Source: Candidatus Curtissbacteria bacterium (GTDB lineage: Bacteria; Patescibacteriota; Microgenomatia; Curtissbacterales; GWA2-41-24). From it: DNA of 64,000 nucleotides. The position numbers and the translations under genes were made by a program. Position 1 is the first letter of the stretch. Every line of letters begins with the position of its first letter. This document shows, piece after piece, positions 45,966 through 55,954 of this stretch. The notes beneath the pieces were generated by a model, which ran no database searches, had not been told where the DNA came from, and saw only the letters and a program-made list of their open reading frames with translations. The stretch spans positions 15,332 to 79,331 of the forward strand of contig JANLHP010000022.1 of NCBI GenBank assembly GCA_024654445.1, written 5' to 3'.

Positions 45966-47683
45966 ATTTGCATGTCATTTGGACTAATAGGCTCGATAAG
46001 CTTTTGCTTACTGTCGCAAACTACTTCGACAAAAATTGGGTTGTCGTCAGCCATGATTTTTTTAAGTTTTTCACTAATATCCTGCCACCTGTCGATGATT
46101 TCATAGTTCAGGTCAAAAGCCTCGGCAACTCGCCTTAAATTTAAAACCGCTATCCCCGTTTTATCATCCGAGCCGATACGCCTCCCTTCAAAAAAAGTAT
46201 CCTGCCATCTCCTCATAGAAACATAGCCGCCATTATTGATTACAAAGACCTTTACATTAAGTCCATAATAAGAAATTGTCTTCAATTCCTGAATATTGAG
46301 CTCAAGTGAACCATCTCCCGTCACCGCAAGAATTTGAGAATTCTTATCTTCGACACTCGCGCCGATTGCCAAAGGAATACTAAGCCCCATGGCCCCAAAA
46401 GTGCCGGATGTTATTTCTCTTTGGCCGCTATTAAATTGCCACACCTGACCGCCTATGTAATAATTCGACCCTGAATCTGTCACCATAACGTGGTTTTTAT
46501 TGGCCATCTGATCCAATTTGTACATGAAGTAATAAAGATCAATTGGATTCCTTTTCATACTCTTGTCAACTGCCGGATATTTAGCTTTCAGTTCCTGACA
46601 ACTTTTGAGCCAAGCTCGTCTCTCAACTGAAATTTTCCTTGGAAGTTTTAGGTAAAGGTGCTCGATAAAATCTTTGACATCGTAGTTCAAAGAAATATCA
46701 ATTTTGACACCAGGTTTTTTCAGTTCATCGCCCTCTATGTCAACGACTGCTATTTTTGCGCGCCTGTCAAAGCAATCCAAGTTAGGACCGACAAAAGGAA
46801 TTGCGAGTCTGCTTCCAAGAACAAAAACAAAATCGGCCTGTTTCATAACTTGATTGGAAAAACGATTTCCCCTAATCCCCGCGAGCCCCATATTGTGCTC
46901 ATCACTATAAGGAAGAATATCTATACCCAGCCTGGAAAAAGCAACAGGCGCACCGCAGGAGTCGACAAGTTTTTTAAAAGATCCAATTGCTTTTCCTTGT
47001 CTAATTCCGTGTCCGGCGACAATTAGAGGCCTCTTTGATTTGCCAAACATCGTCAGTACTCTTGAAACATCTCTTTGGAGATTCCTGTTTAAATTGTTCT
47101 TGGGCACCTTAAAACCCTTAAGGCTGAGGGGGTCAACAAGGGCACTCTGGACATCGTGGGGAATGTCGAGCCAAACCGGGCCGGGTCTTCCACTTGTTGC
47201 CAAATAAAGCGCTTTTTCTAAATGATATCTGATTGAAGTTGGGTTTGTGATTATTTGTGCGTATTTTGTCATAGGTTTTACAACCGGGATAATATTAATT
47301 TCTGCCGTACCGAAACTCCTCAAGCTCTTAAGGTTAACCTTATGAGTTGTGTGTCTTAATTCCACTTGTCCTGAAATCACTAAAACAGGAGCAGCGTCTA
47401 CCCAAGCTTCTGCAAGACCGGGAATTGCGTTCGTTGCTCCCGGCCCCGCTGTTAGGCAAACCACGCCTGGGGACTGTTTTAACCTCGCATACGCTTCGGC
47501 CATCATCGGAGATGCTGCCTCATTTCGTACGCAATAGTAATTAATTTTTTTCTCCTTTGCTATCGCATCGTTCAAATACATAGCGCCGTAACCGGTCAAG
47601 AGAAAAATGTCTCTCATCCGGTTCTTGACTAAAAATTGCACGACATAATCGGCAACTCTAATTTTTTTGGGAGAATGCTTCAC
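45962..47683 (-). CDS. Thiamine-diphosphate-dependent enzyme of the acetolactate-synthase family (second copy).
   Basis: ALS three-domain layout with the TPP motif VTGDGSLELNIQEL...NNGGY. Confidence 0.8.
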   Translation of the reverse strand: MKHSPKKIRVADYVVQFLVKNRMRDIFLLTGYGAMYLNDAIAKEKKINYYCVRNEAASPMMAEAYARLKQSPGVVCLTAGPGATNAIPGLAEAWVDAAPVLVISGQVELRHTTHKVNLKSLRSFGTAEINIIPVVKPMTKYAQIITNPTSIRYHLEKALYLATSGRPGPVWLDIPHDVQSALVDPLSLKGFKVPKNNLNRNLQRDVSRVLTMFGKSKRPLIVAGHGIRQGKAIGSFKKLVDSCGAPVAFSRLGIDILPYSDEHNMGLAGIRGNRFSNQVMKQADFVFVLGSRLAIPFVGPNLDCFDRRAKIAVVDIEGDELKKPGVKIDISLNYDVKDFIEHLYLKLPRKISVERRAWLKSCQELKAKYPAVDKSMKRNPIDLYYFMYKLDQMANKNHVMVTDSGSNYYIGGQVWQFNSGQREITSGTFGAMGLSIPLAIGASVEDKNSQILAVTGDGSLELNIQELKTISYYGLNVKVFVINNGGYVSMRRWQDTFFEGRRIGSDDKTGIAVLNLRRVAEAFDLNYEIIDRWQDISEKLKKIMADDNPIFVEVVCDSKQKLIEPISPNDMQI

Positions 47684-48726
47684 TAGAAAGGTCCCCTAAA
47701 CTTATTTTCGTAAGTGAAAAACTCTTCGCCTTTCAGGTTAGTGGATTTAAGTCCTAATTTCTCCTCAACCGACCGTACTATCACCTCGGCATTTGGATAA
47801 AAAAGATTTTCCAAAGGTCTCGTGCACGGTGCCGGCGCGAAAGCGAACCCGAGGCGTTTTACTGGAGATTTTAAACTTGAAAAACTTTTTTCAGAAATGA
47901 TTGCCGCCACCTCGGCGCTAAAACCACAAAAAGTCCAGTCATAGTCAGCAACAATTACATGTCCTGTTTTTTCGACCGATTTTAGAATCGTCTCGCTGTC
48001 AAAAGGATAAATCGACCGGGCGTCTACTACTTCTGCACTAATTCCTCGCTTCTTCAAAATATTTGCGGCGTGGATTGCCTCCACATTCATATAAGATGTA
48101 GCAACAATCGTGATGTCACCTCCGCGCCTCAACACATTCGCTTTACCAAGCGGAACTAGCTTATTTTCATCGTCAACTTTATCCACAACGTCATAAAGCA
48201 TGCGATGCTCAAGAACGATAACCGGATTTTCGTCTCTTATTGCAGAGATCAAAAGCCCTTTCGCGTCATGGGGAGTAGTTGGCATCACAACTTTAAGTCC
48301 CGGTAAATGGGCAAAATATGATTGAAGGCTTTTACTGTGTTGATAAGCCTGACCCCACCCTTTTCCGATAATCGCCCTGATAACAAGCGGCACCTTAAGC
48401 TTACCCCCGGAACCGTAATGGAAACTCGACACCATATTTGCAAGCTGGTTCATTGCAAGCAGCAAAAAATCAACCCTTATGTGGACATTTATAGGTTTAA
48501 GTCCTGACACTGCTGCGCCTAGCCCAAAACCCACAAGGGAATCTTCACAAAGAGGAGTGCTAAAAACCCTATCGCCGAATTCCTCTTTCAGTCCAATCGT
48601 TGAACCGAAAATGCCTTTAAAGTCAGCAACATCTATTCCGTAAATAAAAACGTTTTTATCGCGCTTCATTTCTTCCTGAAGCCCTTCCCTTATTGCATCT
48701 CTATAACTGATTCTTCTACTTTTCAT
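47683..48726 (-). CDS. 2-oxoacid dehydrogenase E1 component beta-subunit homolog (transketolase-like Pyr and C-terminal domains). The start is trimmed to MKSRRISY.
   Basis: YRDAIREGLQEEM N-terminus typical of E1-beta, and a C-terminal TKC domain. Confidence 0.8.
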   Translation of the reverse strand: MKSRRISYRDAIREGLQEEMKRDKNVFIYGIDVADFKGIFGSTIGLKEEFGDRVFSTPLCEDSLVGFGLGAAVSGLKPINVHIRVDFLLLAMNQLANMVSSFHYGSGGKLKVPLVIRAIIGKGWGQAYQHSKSLQSYFAHLPGLKVVMPTTPHDAKGLLISAIRDENPVIVLEHRMLYDVVDKVDDENKLVPLGKANVLRRGGDITIVATSYMNVEAIHAANILKKRGISAEVVDARSIYPFDSETILKSVEKTGHVIVADYDWTFCGFSAEVAAIISEKSFSSLKSPVKRLGFAFAPAPCTRPLENLFYPNAEVIVRSVEEKLGLKSTNLKGEEFFTYENKFRGPF

Positions 48727-49684
48727 GAAATACGTTTTTATAAAGTTCCGCAGGATTAGGGAAAGCTGAATTCCTGGCTTTTTTAAAGGATCTTTCGACC
48801 GCAAGATCAATGTCCTTGCAAATTTTATCCAGTTCCCCCTTGCCGACCCCCAGCTTTTTGAGTTTTGACGCCAGAATTTTTAAAGGATCGACTTTAAGCC
48901 ATTTCTGGTACTCCTCTTGTGATCTGTAACCGGCACTAAAATCTTCGTGGGTACCTACATGTTCCAGATATCTATAGTACTTTAGGTAAATAAATGCTGG
49001 GGTCTGTTTTGCAAAAATTGCATTTTTAGCACGGCTTGCAAGATTAAAGACGACTTCAGCGTCCGTCGAAGTGGAAGAAAAAACGGAACAGTTAAACCTT
49101 GAAACAATAGCCGAAATCGATTTATATCCATGTCTAAGCGCGGGTGGCGTATGAACGGCAAAACCATTGTCTTCGCAAACAAAGAGAACAGGAAGCTTAA
49201 AAAGGCTTGCCATATTTAAACTCTCCCAAAAACTACCTTCATCTATTGCCCCATCCCCAAAAAAAACGGCGCTTACGCCTCTTGTTCCTTTCTTTTTCAG
49301 CGCATAAGCTGACCCAACCGCAACAGGAATAGTGCTTGCAACAACCGCAGAAGTTGCAACCAAACCCCGATCCGGATCAGACAGATGCATCGAACCACCT
49401 TTACCGCGAACAACCCCGCTCTCCCGCCCAAACATTTCAGAAAAAAACCTAAAAGTATCTCCGCTTCTTGCCAGATAAAGGCCATGACTTCTATAAGTTC
49501 CAAAAAGAAGATCAAGGCCGGATAGGGCGCTGGCTACCCCAGAAACAATTGCCTCTTCACCCATAGACATGTGCATGGGTGTTTTCATTTCATTACTATC
49601 GTAGACTTCTATAATTTTTTCCTCAGCTCTTCTGATAAGATAGGCTTTTTCGAAGAGTTTAAGGTTTAAATTTTTGCGAGTCAT
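48716..49684 (-). CDS. 2-oxoacid (pyruvate) dehydrogenase E1 component alpha-subunit homolog (TPP-binding).
   Basis: GDGAIDEGSFWESLNMA TPP motif and the YRSHG... E1-alpha motifs. Confidence 0.8.
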   Translation of the reverse strand: MTRKNLNLKLFEKAYLIRRAEEKIIEVYDSNEMKTPMHMSMGEEAIVSGVASALSGLDLLFGTYRSHGLYLARSGDTFRFFSEMFGRESGVVRGKGGSMHLSDPDRGLVATSAVVASTIPVAVGSAYALKKKGTRGVSAVFFGDGAIDEGSFWESLNMASLFKLPVLFVCEDNGFAVHTPPALRHGYKSISAIVSRFNCSVFSSTSTDAEVVFNLASRAKNAIFAKQTPAFIYLKYYRYLEHVGTHEDFSAGYRSQEEYQKWLKVDPLKILASKLKKLGVGKGELDKICKDIDLAVERSFKKARNSAFPNPAELYKNVFHEK

Positions 49685-50674
49685 TTATCTTGCATAGTAA
49701 TCTCTCCAGTAATCGAGCATATCAAGAAGCGTTTTTTCAAAGGGAATTTCAGCCTTCCAACCGGTTTCGCGACTAAACTTACCAACAGCAGGAATTTGAA
49801 GTGTGACATCAGAAGGCCTCAACCTTTTTTTGTCAACTATGATTTTTATATCATCTCGCGTCGACATTTTTATTAGCTTATTTAACATCTGCCCAATAGT
49901 CATCGTTTCAACTCCGCCAATATTATAAACTTCGCCTGCTCTACACCTGGTAACCAAAAGCCAGTAAGCGCGAACAGCATCCCTCACGTCCATAAAAGTT
50001 CTGACGCTTTTTAAATTTCCGACATACACAGTTGGCTTTTGTTTGCCAGCCTCGATGGCTGCAACTTGCTTTGCGAAATTCGAGGGCGCAAAAACTTCAC
50101 CCCTTCTTGGACCCTCGTGTGTAAACATGCGTGTTCTTATCGCCCTAATTTTCCAAGACGACCAATACTGAAAACCCAACATGTCCTCTGCAACTTTAGA
50201 AACCGCGTAAGGCGATGCCGGCCTAAAAGGATTAGTTTCGACAATAGGTATTTCGCTTTTCAAAACCTGTCCGTAAACTTCGGAAGAGCTGCAAACATGA
50301 ATAATTGGGTCATAACCCTTTTCATCTTTTAGCTGTTTAACATTCTCCAAAAGATTGCCCGTTCCAATAACATTCGCTTCAAGCGTCCCAATTGGAGCGA
50401 TAAAACTAAAATCTACATAAGATTGCGCGGCAAGATGAAAAATAACGTCGGGCTTATGTTTTAAAAGTACACCGCGAGTGGAAAAGGGATCAACCAAATC
50501 GCCGTATTCTAAAATTACACGATCCAAAACGTGCTTTATGTTATCTTTTGGAGATCTCCACCTGACGAATCCGACAACTTCAACTCCCGGCTGGTTCTCT
50601 AGAATATAATCCACCATATGACTTCCCACAAATCCGGTTATACCCGTAATTAATACTTTTTTGATTTGTCCCAT
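49685..50674 (-). CDS. GDP-mannose 4,6-dehydratase family enzyme (Gmd/Rmd/GDP-heptose dehydratase type).
   Basis: ITGITGFVGSH, SSSEVYG, and SPYAVSK...THEGPRRGE motifs of the GMD family. Confidence 0.75.
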   Translation of the reverse strand: MGQIKKVLITGITGFVGSHMVDYILENQPGVEVVGFVRWRSPKDNIKHVLDRVILEYGDLVDPFSTRGVLLKHKPDVIFHLAAQSYVDFSFIAPIGTLEANVIGTGNLLENVKQLKDEKGYDPIIHVCSSSEVYGQVLKSEIPIVETNPFRPASPYAVSKVAEDMLGFQYWSSWKIRAIRTRMFTHEGPRRGEVFAPSNFAKQVAAIEAGKQKPTVYVGNLKSVRTFMDVRDAVRAYWLLVTRCRAGEVYNIGGVETMTIGQMLNKLIKMSTRDDIKIIVDKKRLRPSDVTLQIPAVGKFSRETGWKAEIPFEKTLLDMLDYWRDYYAR

Positions 50675-50747
50675 TGTCTAAAGATTTGAAAGGCAGAAAG
50701 TGATCTTGCTAACATTAGTTTTAAAAACTAAATATATACCCATTTTG

Positions 50748-52031
50748 TTAATCATTCAATGAATGTCTCTGCCATTTAAGCATGGGCCTTACGACGCCAG
50801 GATAAAATCCTGTTGAGTGTCCGCGAACCGAGTTTCCTTCAGTCGGATCAACTACATCAAAAACAACCGCGTCAGGAACATCGACCTCTCGCGTCTTGCC
50901 ACTCTCCTCATCAACGACAGTAACCCTAGCAGAAAAAACTCCTTCAGATAAAAAATTTCCCGGAATCACACATCTACTTTTATATTTTCCACTTTTTTTC
51001 ATTCTGATTTTCCTGTCTATATCCTCAGCAGAATTAAAAATGGTTAGGCCTTCACTATTTATAATTTGTAAATTGCATCCGACCCAGCGGTCCCCATTCG
51101 CAGAAAAGCTCTGCTTATTTTTCAAAACCTCAAATTCGACTTCTACGGTTATAGGTTTTCGTATATCAAAAGTATTAGACAAGCGATTATGCTTATCCAA
51201 GGCTTTGACGTTGATAAGCCGCACAACATTATTCGCAAACATACGGCTCGCAACCCTTTTTTTAAGTGAAGCATTGCTCCTTGTTTCTTCCAAATACCTC
51301 GAGACTATTTTTTCAGCGTTGCCGTCTGCAACAATTTTTCCGTCTTTTAAATAGATAACGCGCCGACAGATATTTATAACTGCAGGCAGATTATGAGAAA
51401 CAAAAAGGACAGTTCTGCCCTGCTTACTTACATCCTGCATTTTCCCCAGACTTTTCGATTGAAACGCTGCATCACCCACCGAAAGAACCTCATCGACAAT
51501 AAGTATTTCGGGTTCCAAATGAGCAGCCACAGCAAAAGCCAGCCTTGTATACATTCCAGAAGAATAATGTTTAACCGGCAGATCTAAAAATTTCTCCATC
51601 TCGGCAAAAGAAACAATCTCGTCAAATTTAGACTTTATTTCCAATCGAGTCATGCCCAAAATGGAACCATTTAAAAAAATATTCTCTCGTCCTGTCAGCT
51701 CCGGATGAAATCCGGTCCCAACTTCAAGCAAACTCGCAGTACGCCCCCTGAGTGTAATTTTTCCTTTTGTGGGAGGAGTAATCTGAGAAAGAATCTTCAG
51801 TAGCGTGCTTTTGCCGGCGCCATTTTTACCGATAATACCGACAACTTCGCCAGCGCCAACGTTGAAAGAAACGTTCTTTAGAGGCCAGAACTCATCTTCT
51901 CTTTTTGAACTAAAAACAGATAAAGGGTTTTTGGCAATTTGAGCAATCGAGTCACGAAGTGAATAATATTGTTGTCTTTCCGCAACCCTATATTTTTTAG
52001 AAACCGATTTAACTTCGATAATCGAACTCAT
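50748..52031 (-). CDS. wzt: ABC transporter ATP-binding protein of polysaccharide exporters (Wzt-like) with a C-terminal glycan-binding extension.
   Basis: Walker A GKNGAGKST, signature YSSGM, Walker B LIVDE, and a roughly 180 aa C-terminal beta-rich domain. Confidence 0.85.
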   Translation of the reverse strand: MSSIIEVKSVSKKYRVAERQQYYSLRDSIAQIAKNPLSVFSSKREDEFWPLKNVSFNVGAGEVVGIIGKNGAGKSTLLKILSQITPPTKGKITLRGRTASLLEVGTGFHPELTGRENIFLNGSILGMTRLEIKSKFDEIVSFAEMEKFLDLPVKHYSSGMYTRLAFAVAAHLEPEILIVDEVLSVGDAAFQSKSLGKMQDVSKQGRTVLFVSHNLPAVINICRRVIYLKDGKIVADGNAEKIVSRYLEETRSNASLKKRVASRMFANNVVRLINVKALDKHNRLSNTFDIRKPITVEVEFEVLKNKQSFSANGDRWVGCNLQIINSEGLTIFNSAEDIDRKIRMKKSGKYKSRCVIPGNFLSEGVFSARVTVVDEESGKTREVDVPDAVVFDVVDPTEGNSVRGHSTGFYPGVVRPMLKWQRHSLND

Positions 52032-52894
52032 GCAATATCGGCAAAGAATCTTTCTGTCACCCTAAAATAAGTGAGACCAATAACAAACACGATTAACGAA
52101 AAAACTGAGGATATAAAAAGCACGCCCAAGTCTACCCTGCCTGATCCGGAAAGGACTATCCTCATGGTCTCAATTACACCAGTCATTGGGTTGAAGGCTA
52201 AAATAGGTCTAAAAGAATCCCTTACAACCGCAGAGGGATAAATAACGGGAGTCAAAAAAAGCATAGATTGAATAAAAAAAGGCAAAATGTATCTAACGTC
52301 CCTGTACCTCACATTAAATGAAGCAAGAAAAAGGCCAATTCCGGAAGAAGTCAAAAAAATAATCAGAATTACAATTGGCAAATAAATAAAAATGGTAGGC
52401 GAAGGAACGAACCCAAAATAAAAAGTAACAATCAAAACAACCAAAAACGCAATCGCAAAATCAACAAACGAGGTAATGATTGCTGAAATTGGAAGTATTT
52501 CCCTCGGAAAATAAACCTTCTTTATTATATTGACATTTTCGACCATCGAATTACTCGCTGCAGTTACACTTGCGGAAAAAAATATCCAAAATACAAGACC
52601 AATAAATACAAATAATTCATAAGGCAAATTTCCGGAAGGAATATTGGCAAGCCTGCCAAAAAAAATAGTAAATATTCCTGTCGTTGCCAGGGGTTGGAAA
52701 ATAACCCAAATTATTCCAAGGAAAGTCTGCTTATAGCGTACTTTGATGTCTCTCCAGGAAAGAATAAAAAAAAGTTCTCTATATCGCCACAATTCTTTTA
52801 AACTTACCAAATGCCATTTTTGTTTTGGTGCAATTGTAAGCTCATAATTTTTCATTGTCGGTGTTAGCCTTCTTGTTATTGTGCTCTTAACCAT
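52028..52894 (-). CDS. wzm: ABC-2 type polysaccharide export permease (Wzm-like).
   Basis: Six TM helices and the WRDIKVRYKQTFLGIIW N-terminal signature of Wzm/KpsM. It overlaps wzt by 4 nt. Confidence 0.85.
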   Translation of the reverse strand: MVKSTITRRLTPTMKNYELTIAPKQKWHLVSLKELWRYRELFFILSWRDIKVRYKQTFLGIIWVIFQPLATTGIFTIFFGRLANIPSGNLPYELFVFIGLVFWIFFSASVTAASNSMVENVNIIKKVYFPREILPISAIITSFVDFAIAFLVVLIVTFYFGFVPSPTIFIYLPIVILIIFLTSSGIGLFLASFNVRYRDVRYILPFFIQSMLFLTPVIYPSAVVRDSFRPILAFNPMTGVIETMRIVLSGSGRVDLGVLFISSVFSLIVFVIGLTYFRVTERFFADIA

Positions 52895-53823
52895 TCAACA
52901 TATTTTGTAAGGCCCGCAGTAAACTGAACTTTTGGCTCCCACCCCAAAAGTTTTTTAGCTTTTACAATATTTGCCCATGTATTTTCAACATCACCGTTTT
53001 GCATAGGCATATTTTTAATAACAGCTTTTAAAGAAAGCAACTTTTCTAAAGTTTCAATAAACTCATTTAATGAAACCGGGTTACTGTTTCCCAAATTTAT
53101 GATCTCAAAATCCAAGTCAGTTTCGAGAGTTTTTACTATGCCGTCAATAATATCATCAATGTACGTATAATCTCGACTGCTATCTCCCTCGCCAAACTTT
53201 ATAATGGGTTTGTCTTCAAGTATGGCGTTAGTAAAAAGTGAAGGCGCCATGTCAACTCTACCCTTCGGACCATAGACCGTAAAAAATCGCAAAATTACAA
53301 TTTTAAGGCCGAAATTTTTATGAAAGCTCCTAGCAAAAAACTCTGCAGCTCTCTTAGAAGCTCCGTATGGAGAAACAATATTTTCGCAAAGATCATCTTC
53401 GGTGAACGGAATTTGCTTGCTGTTTCCATAAACGGAAGAAGAAGAGCCGAATATAAACTGCTTCACGTTCATGTCGCTAGCTGCCTTTAGAAGATTTGTT
53501 GTTCCCAAAACATTCACTTGTGAATACAGAAGCGGGTCCTCTATTGAAGGACGAACACCGGCCCTCGCCGCCAAATGGATAATCTTGTCAAATTTTTCGA
53601 CTTTAAATATCTCAGTAAGCTTTTTAAAGTCCAATATGTCAGCGCGAAACAATTTAAAATTTTTAGAACCAAGAACGTGATCAAGATTCCTCTCTTTAAT
53701 TTGTGGGTCGTAATAATTATTAAAGTTGTCAATTCCAACTACAGCATGTCCATCGCCAAGGAGTCTCTCAACAAGAGTCGAACCGACAAAACCTGCACAA
53801 CCTGTTACTAATATTTTGTGCAT
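52876..53823 (-). CDS. NAD-dependent nucleotide-sugar epimerase (UDP-glucuronate 4-epimerase-like).
   Basis: ILVTGCAGFVGS and YGASKRAAE catalytic motif. Confidence 0.65.
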   Translation of the reverse strand: MHKILVTGCAGFVGSTLVERLLGDGHAVVGIDNFNNYYDPQIKERNLDHVLGSKNFKLFRADILDFKKLTEIFKVEKFDKIIHLAARAGVRPSIEDPLLYSQVNVLGTTNLLKAASDMNVKQFIFGSSSSVYGNSKQIPFTEDDLCENIVSPYGASKRAAEFFARSFHKNFGLKIVILRFFTVYGPKGRVDMAPSLFTNAILEDKPIIKFGEGDSSRDYTYIDDIIDGIVKTLETDLDFEIINLGNSNPVSLNEFIETLEKLLSLKAVIKNMPMQNGDVENTWANIVKAKKLLGWEPKVQFTAGLTKYVEWLRAQ

Positions 53824-53825
53824 AT

Positions 53826-54782
53826 TTACGAAGTTGATCTGAAGTATTCGATGGTTTTCTGAAGACCTTCCTCAAGCGGTATTTTTGGTTGCCACCCGAG
53901 GTCTCTTTTCGCTTTGTTCGTATTAGGCTTCCTGATAAGAGGGTCATCTTCAGGTAAAGGCTCGGAAAAAATAATTTCGCTGGAGCTATTAGTAAGCGCC
54001 TTTATCATTTGCGCAAACTGTAAAATTGTTTTTTCGTCGTCATTACCAAGATTATATATCTCTCCACTACTGCCTTCTTCCATTGCGGCAATTTGTCCCT
54101 CTATTTGATCGTCAACGTAACAAAAAGATCTCGTCTGTTTTCCGTCGCCATATATAGTAATTCGTTCCCCAGAAAGTGCCTGATTTATAAAATTAACAAC
54201 CGCTCTCCCTTCGCTTGGATTCATCCTTGGGCCATAAGTATTAAAAATTCTGGTGATTCGCCCATCAAGTCCTTTCTTTCTCACAAAAGCGGAAACAATT
54301 GTCTCCCCAAATCTTTTTGCCTCATCGTAAACCGATCTTGGGCCAATCGTTGAAACATTTCCCCTGTAATCCTCACCCTGAGGAGACCTTTCCGGGTCGC
54401 CATACACCTCGCTCGTCGAGGCAAAACTTAATTTAGCGCCATGACGAGCGGCAAGCTCACACATATTCCAAGTTCCCGTTGTGTTTACGAGCATCGTTTC
54501 AAAAGGATGAGCCAAATAAGAAAATGGCGAGTTGGAATTTGGATCAGCCGGGGAAGCGAGGTGGTAAATCTTATTAAATTTAAATTTACGATTCGAAAAA
54601 GGTTTTATTACATCATGGTTTATGAAAGTAAAGTTCTTATCGTTAAGAAGATGCGCAATATTCTTTTGAGAACCTGTTATCAAATTGTCAACGCAAACAA
54701 CTTCGCTTCCCTCACCAAGCAATTTTTCAGAAAGGTGACTTCCTAAAAATCCAGCCCCACCAGTTACAAGCACCGTCTCCAT
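53826..54782 (-). CDS. UDP-glucuronate decarboxylase (UXS/ArnA-C-terminal-domain type; UDP-xylose or UDP-4-keto-pentose synthase).
   Basis: VLVTGGAGFLGSHL...VVCVDNLITGSQKNIAHLLNDKNFTFINHDV closely matches the UXS consensus. Confidence 0.85.
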   Translation of the reverse strand: METVLVTGGAGFLGSHLSEKLLGEGSEVVCVDNLITGSQKNIAHLLNDKNFTFINHDVIKPFSNRKFKFNKIYHLASPADPNSNSPFSYLAHPFETMLVNTTGTWNMCELAARHGAKLSFASTSEVYGDPERSPQGEDYRGNVSTIGPRSVYDEAKRFGETIVSAFVRKKGLDGRITRIFNTYGPRMNPSEGRAVVNFINQALSGERITIYGDGKQTRSFCYVDDQIEGQIAAMEEGSSGEIYNLGNDDEKTILQFAQMIKALTNSSSEIIFSEPLPEDDPLIRKPNTNKAKRDLGWQPKIPLEEGLQKTIEYFRSTS

Positions 54783-54817
54783 GTAATCATATTTTAACAG
54801 GATGAATTAACTTTTTA

Positions 54818-55954
54818 CTAAACAACTTTTTCAAGAACTGCGGCAATGTAATCCATTTCAGACTTTTTAAGTTTGGGATACATTGGAAGCCTTATCAATG
54901 TTGCCGCGATCTCTTCCGTCACTGGCAAGTCTCCCGCTTTATATCCCATCTTCCTACCCATCACAGAAGTATGAAGTGGTAAATAATGGAAAGAGGCTTC
55001 AATTCCATACGACCTAAGAGATTTTATAACTCGAGCCCTTGCTAGCCTTGGAACGCGAATTGCGAAAATATGCCAATCACACTCAAGATTCTCATCCCTG
55101 AACGGAAGAATCAGTTTAGACGATAATGGTTCCAACTTTTTTAAAAAGTACTCTGCATTCTTTCTTCTCATTTCAGTAATTGTGTCTAATTTTTTGATTT
55201 GTTCAAGCGCAATCGCGCTCAGGATATCGGAAAGAACAAGACTTCTGCCAACACTTACCCAGGAATATTTTTTCTTCTCCCCCCTCATAAACGAAGATCT
55301 ATCCGTCCCTTTTTCTCTTATAATTTCCGCCATTCTGTGAAGCTTCAAATCGCCCGTTACAAAAATACCCCCTTCGCCGCTCGCCGCGTTTTTTGTTCCA
55401 TGAAAAGAATAACAACCCACTTTACCTATCGTTCCTAAAAATTTACCATTATATTTTGATCCGAGCGCATGAGCAGCATCTTCCACAACATACAAATTAT
55501 GTTTTTTTGCGATTTGGTTAATTTTGTCCATGTCGCACGCGAGCCCCGCGTAGTGGACTACCATAATTGCTTTAGTCTTTTTTGTAATAAGTTTTTCAAT
55601 TTCTAGTGGGTTAATATTGTAAGTATTTATATCGATGTCACAAAAAACCGGTTTTGCTCCCGCAAGCAAAACAGCGTTAGCACAAGAAGAAAATGTAAAA
55701 CTTGGCAAAATGACTTCATCTCCACTCTTCAGTAAGCAAGCACACGCAAGCTCTAGCGCTGCTGTTCCAGAGTTTGTGGGGAGGACAAACTTTATACCAA
55801 ATTTATCAGAAATAGTTTTAGCCAGAACCTCGCCAAAAGAAAGGTCGCCAACGCCGGTGCCACTTCTCATCGCGGAAATTGCGGCTCTTTCTTCCTCTCT
55901 TCCCCAAAATGGCTTGTGAAGGGGAATGGTATAAGGAGTTGGCGTTAAATTCAT
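54818..55954 (-). CDS. DegT-family PLP aminotransferase (ArnB-like UDP-4-keto-pentose transaminase). The start is trimmed to MNLTPTPY.
   Basis: SFHGTKNAASGEGG PLP-Lys motif. The trimmed start overlaps the ArnC-like gene by 4 nt. Confidence 0.85.
   Translation of the reverse strand: MNLTPTPYTIPLHKPFWGREEERAAISAMRSGTGVGDLSFGEVLAKTISDKFGIKFVLPTNSGTAALELACACLLKSGDEVILPSFTFSSCANAVLLAGAKPVFCDIDINTYNINPLEIEKLITKKTKAIMVVHYAGLACDMDKINQIAKKHNLYVVEDAAHALGSKYNGKFLGTIGKVGCYSFHGTKNAASGEGGIFVTGDLKLHRMAEIIREKGTDRSSFMRGEKKKYSWVSVGRSLVLSDILSAIALEQIKKLDTITEMRRKNAEYFLKKLEPLSSKLILPFRDENLECDWHIFAIRVPRLARARVIKSLRSYGIEASFHYLPLHTSVMGRKMGYKAGDLPVTEEIAATLIRLPMYPKLKKSEMDYIAAVLEKVV

Noticed and set aside
22547-49684. 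Transketolase, acetolactate synthase, PDH E1 and DmpFG as central or catabolic metabolism.
   Set aside because: All sit inside nucleotide-sugar operons with overlapping stop and start codons. There are no E2/E3 partners, IlvH/IlvC, or meta-cleavage genes in the window. The context favours sugar side-chain biosynthesis. Genome-wide paralog checks are still needed.
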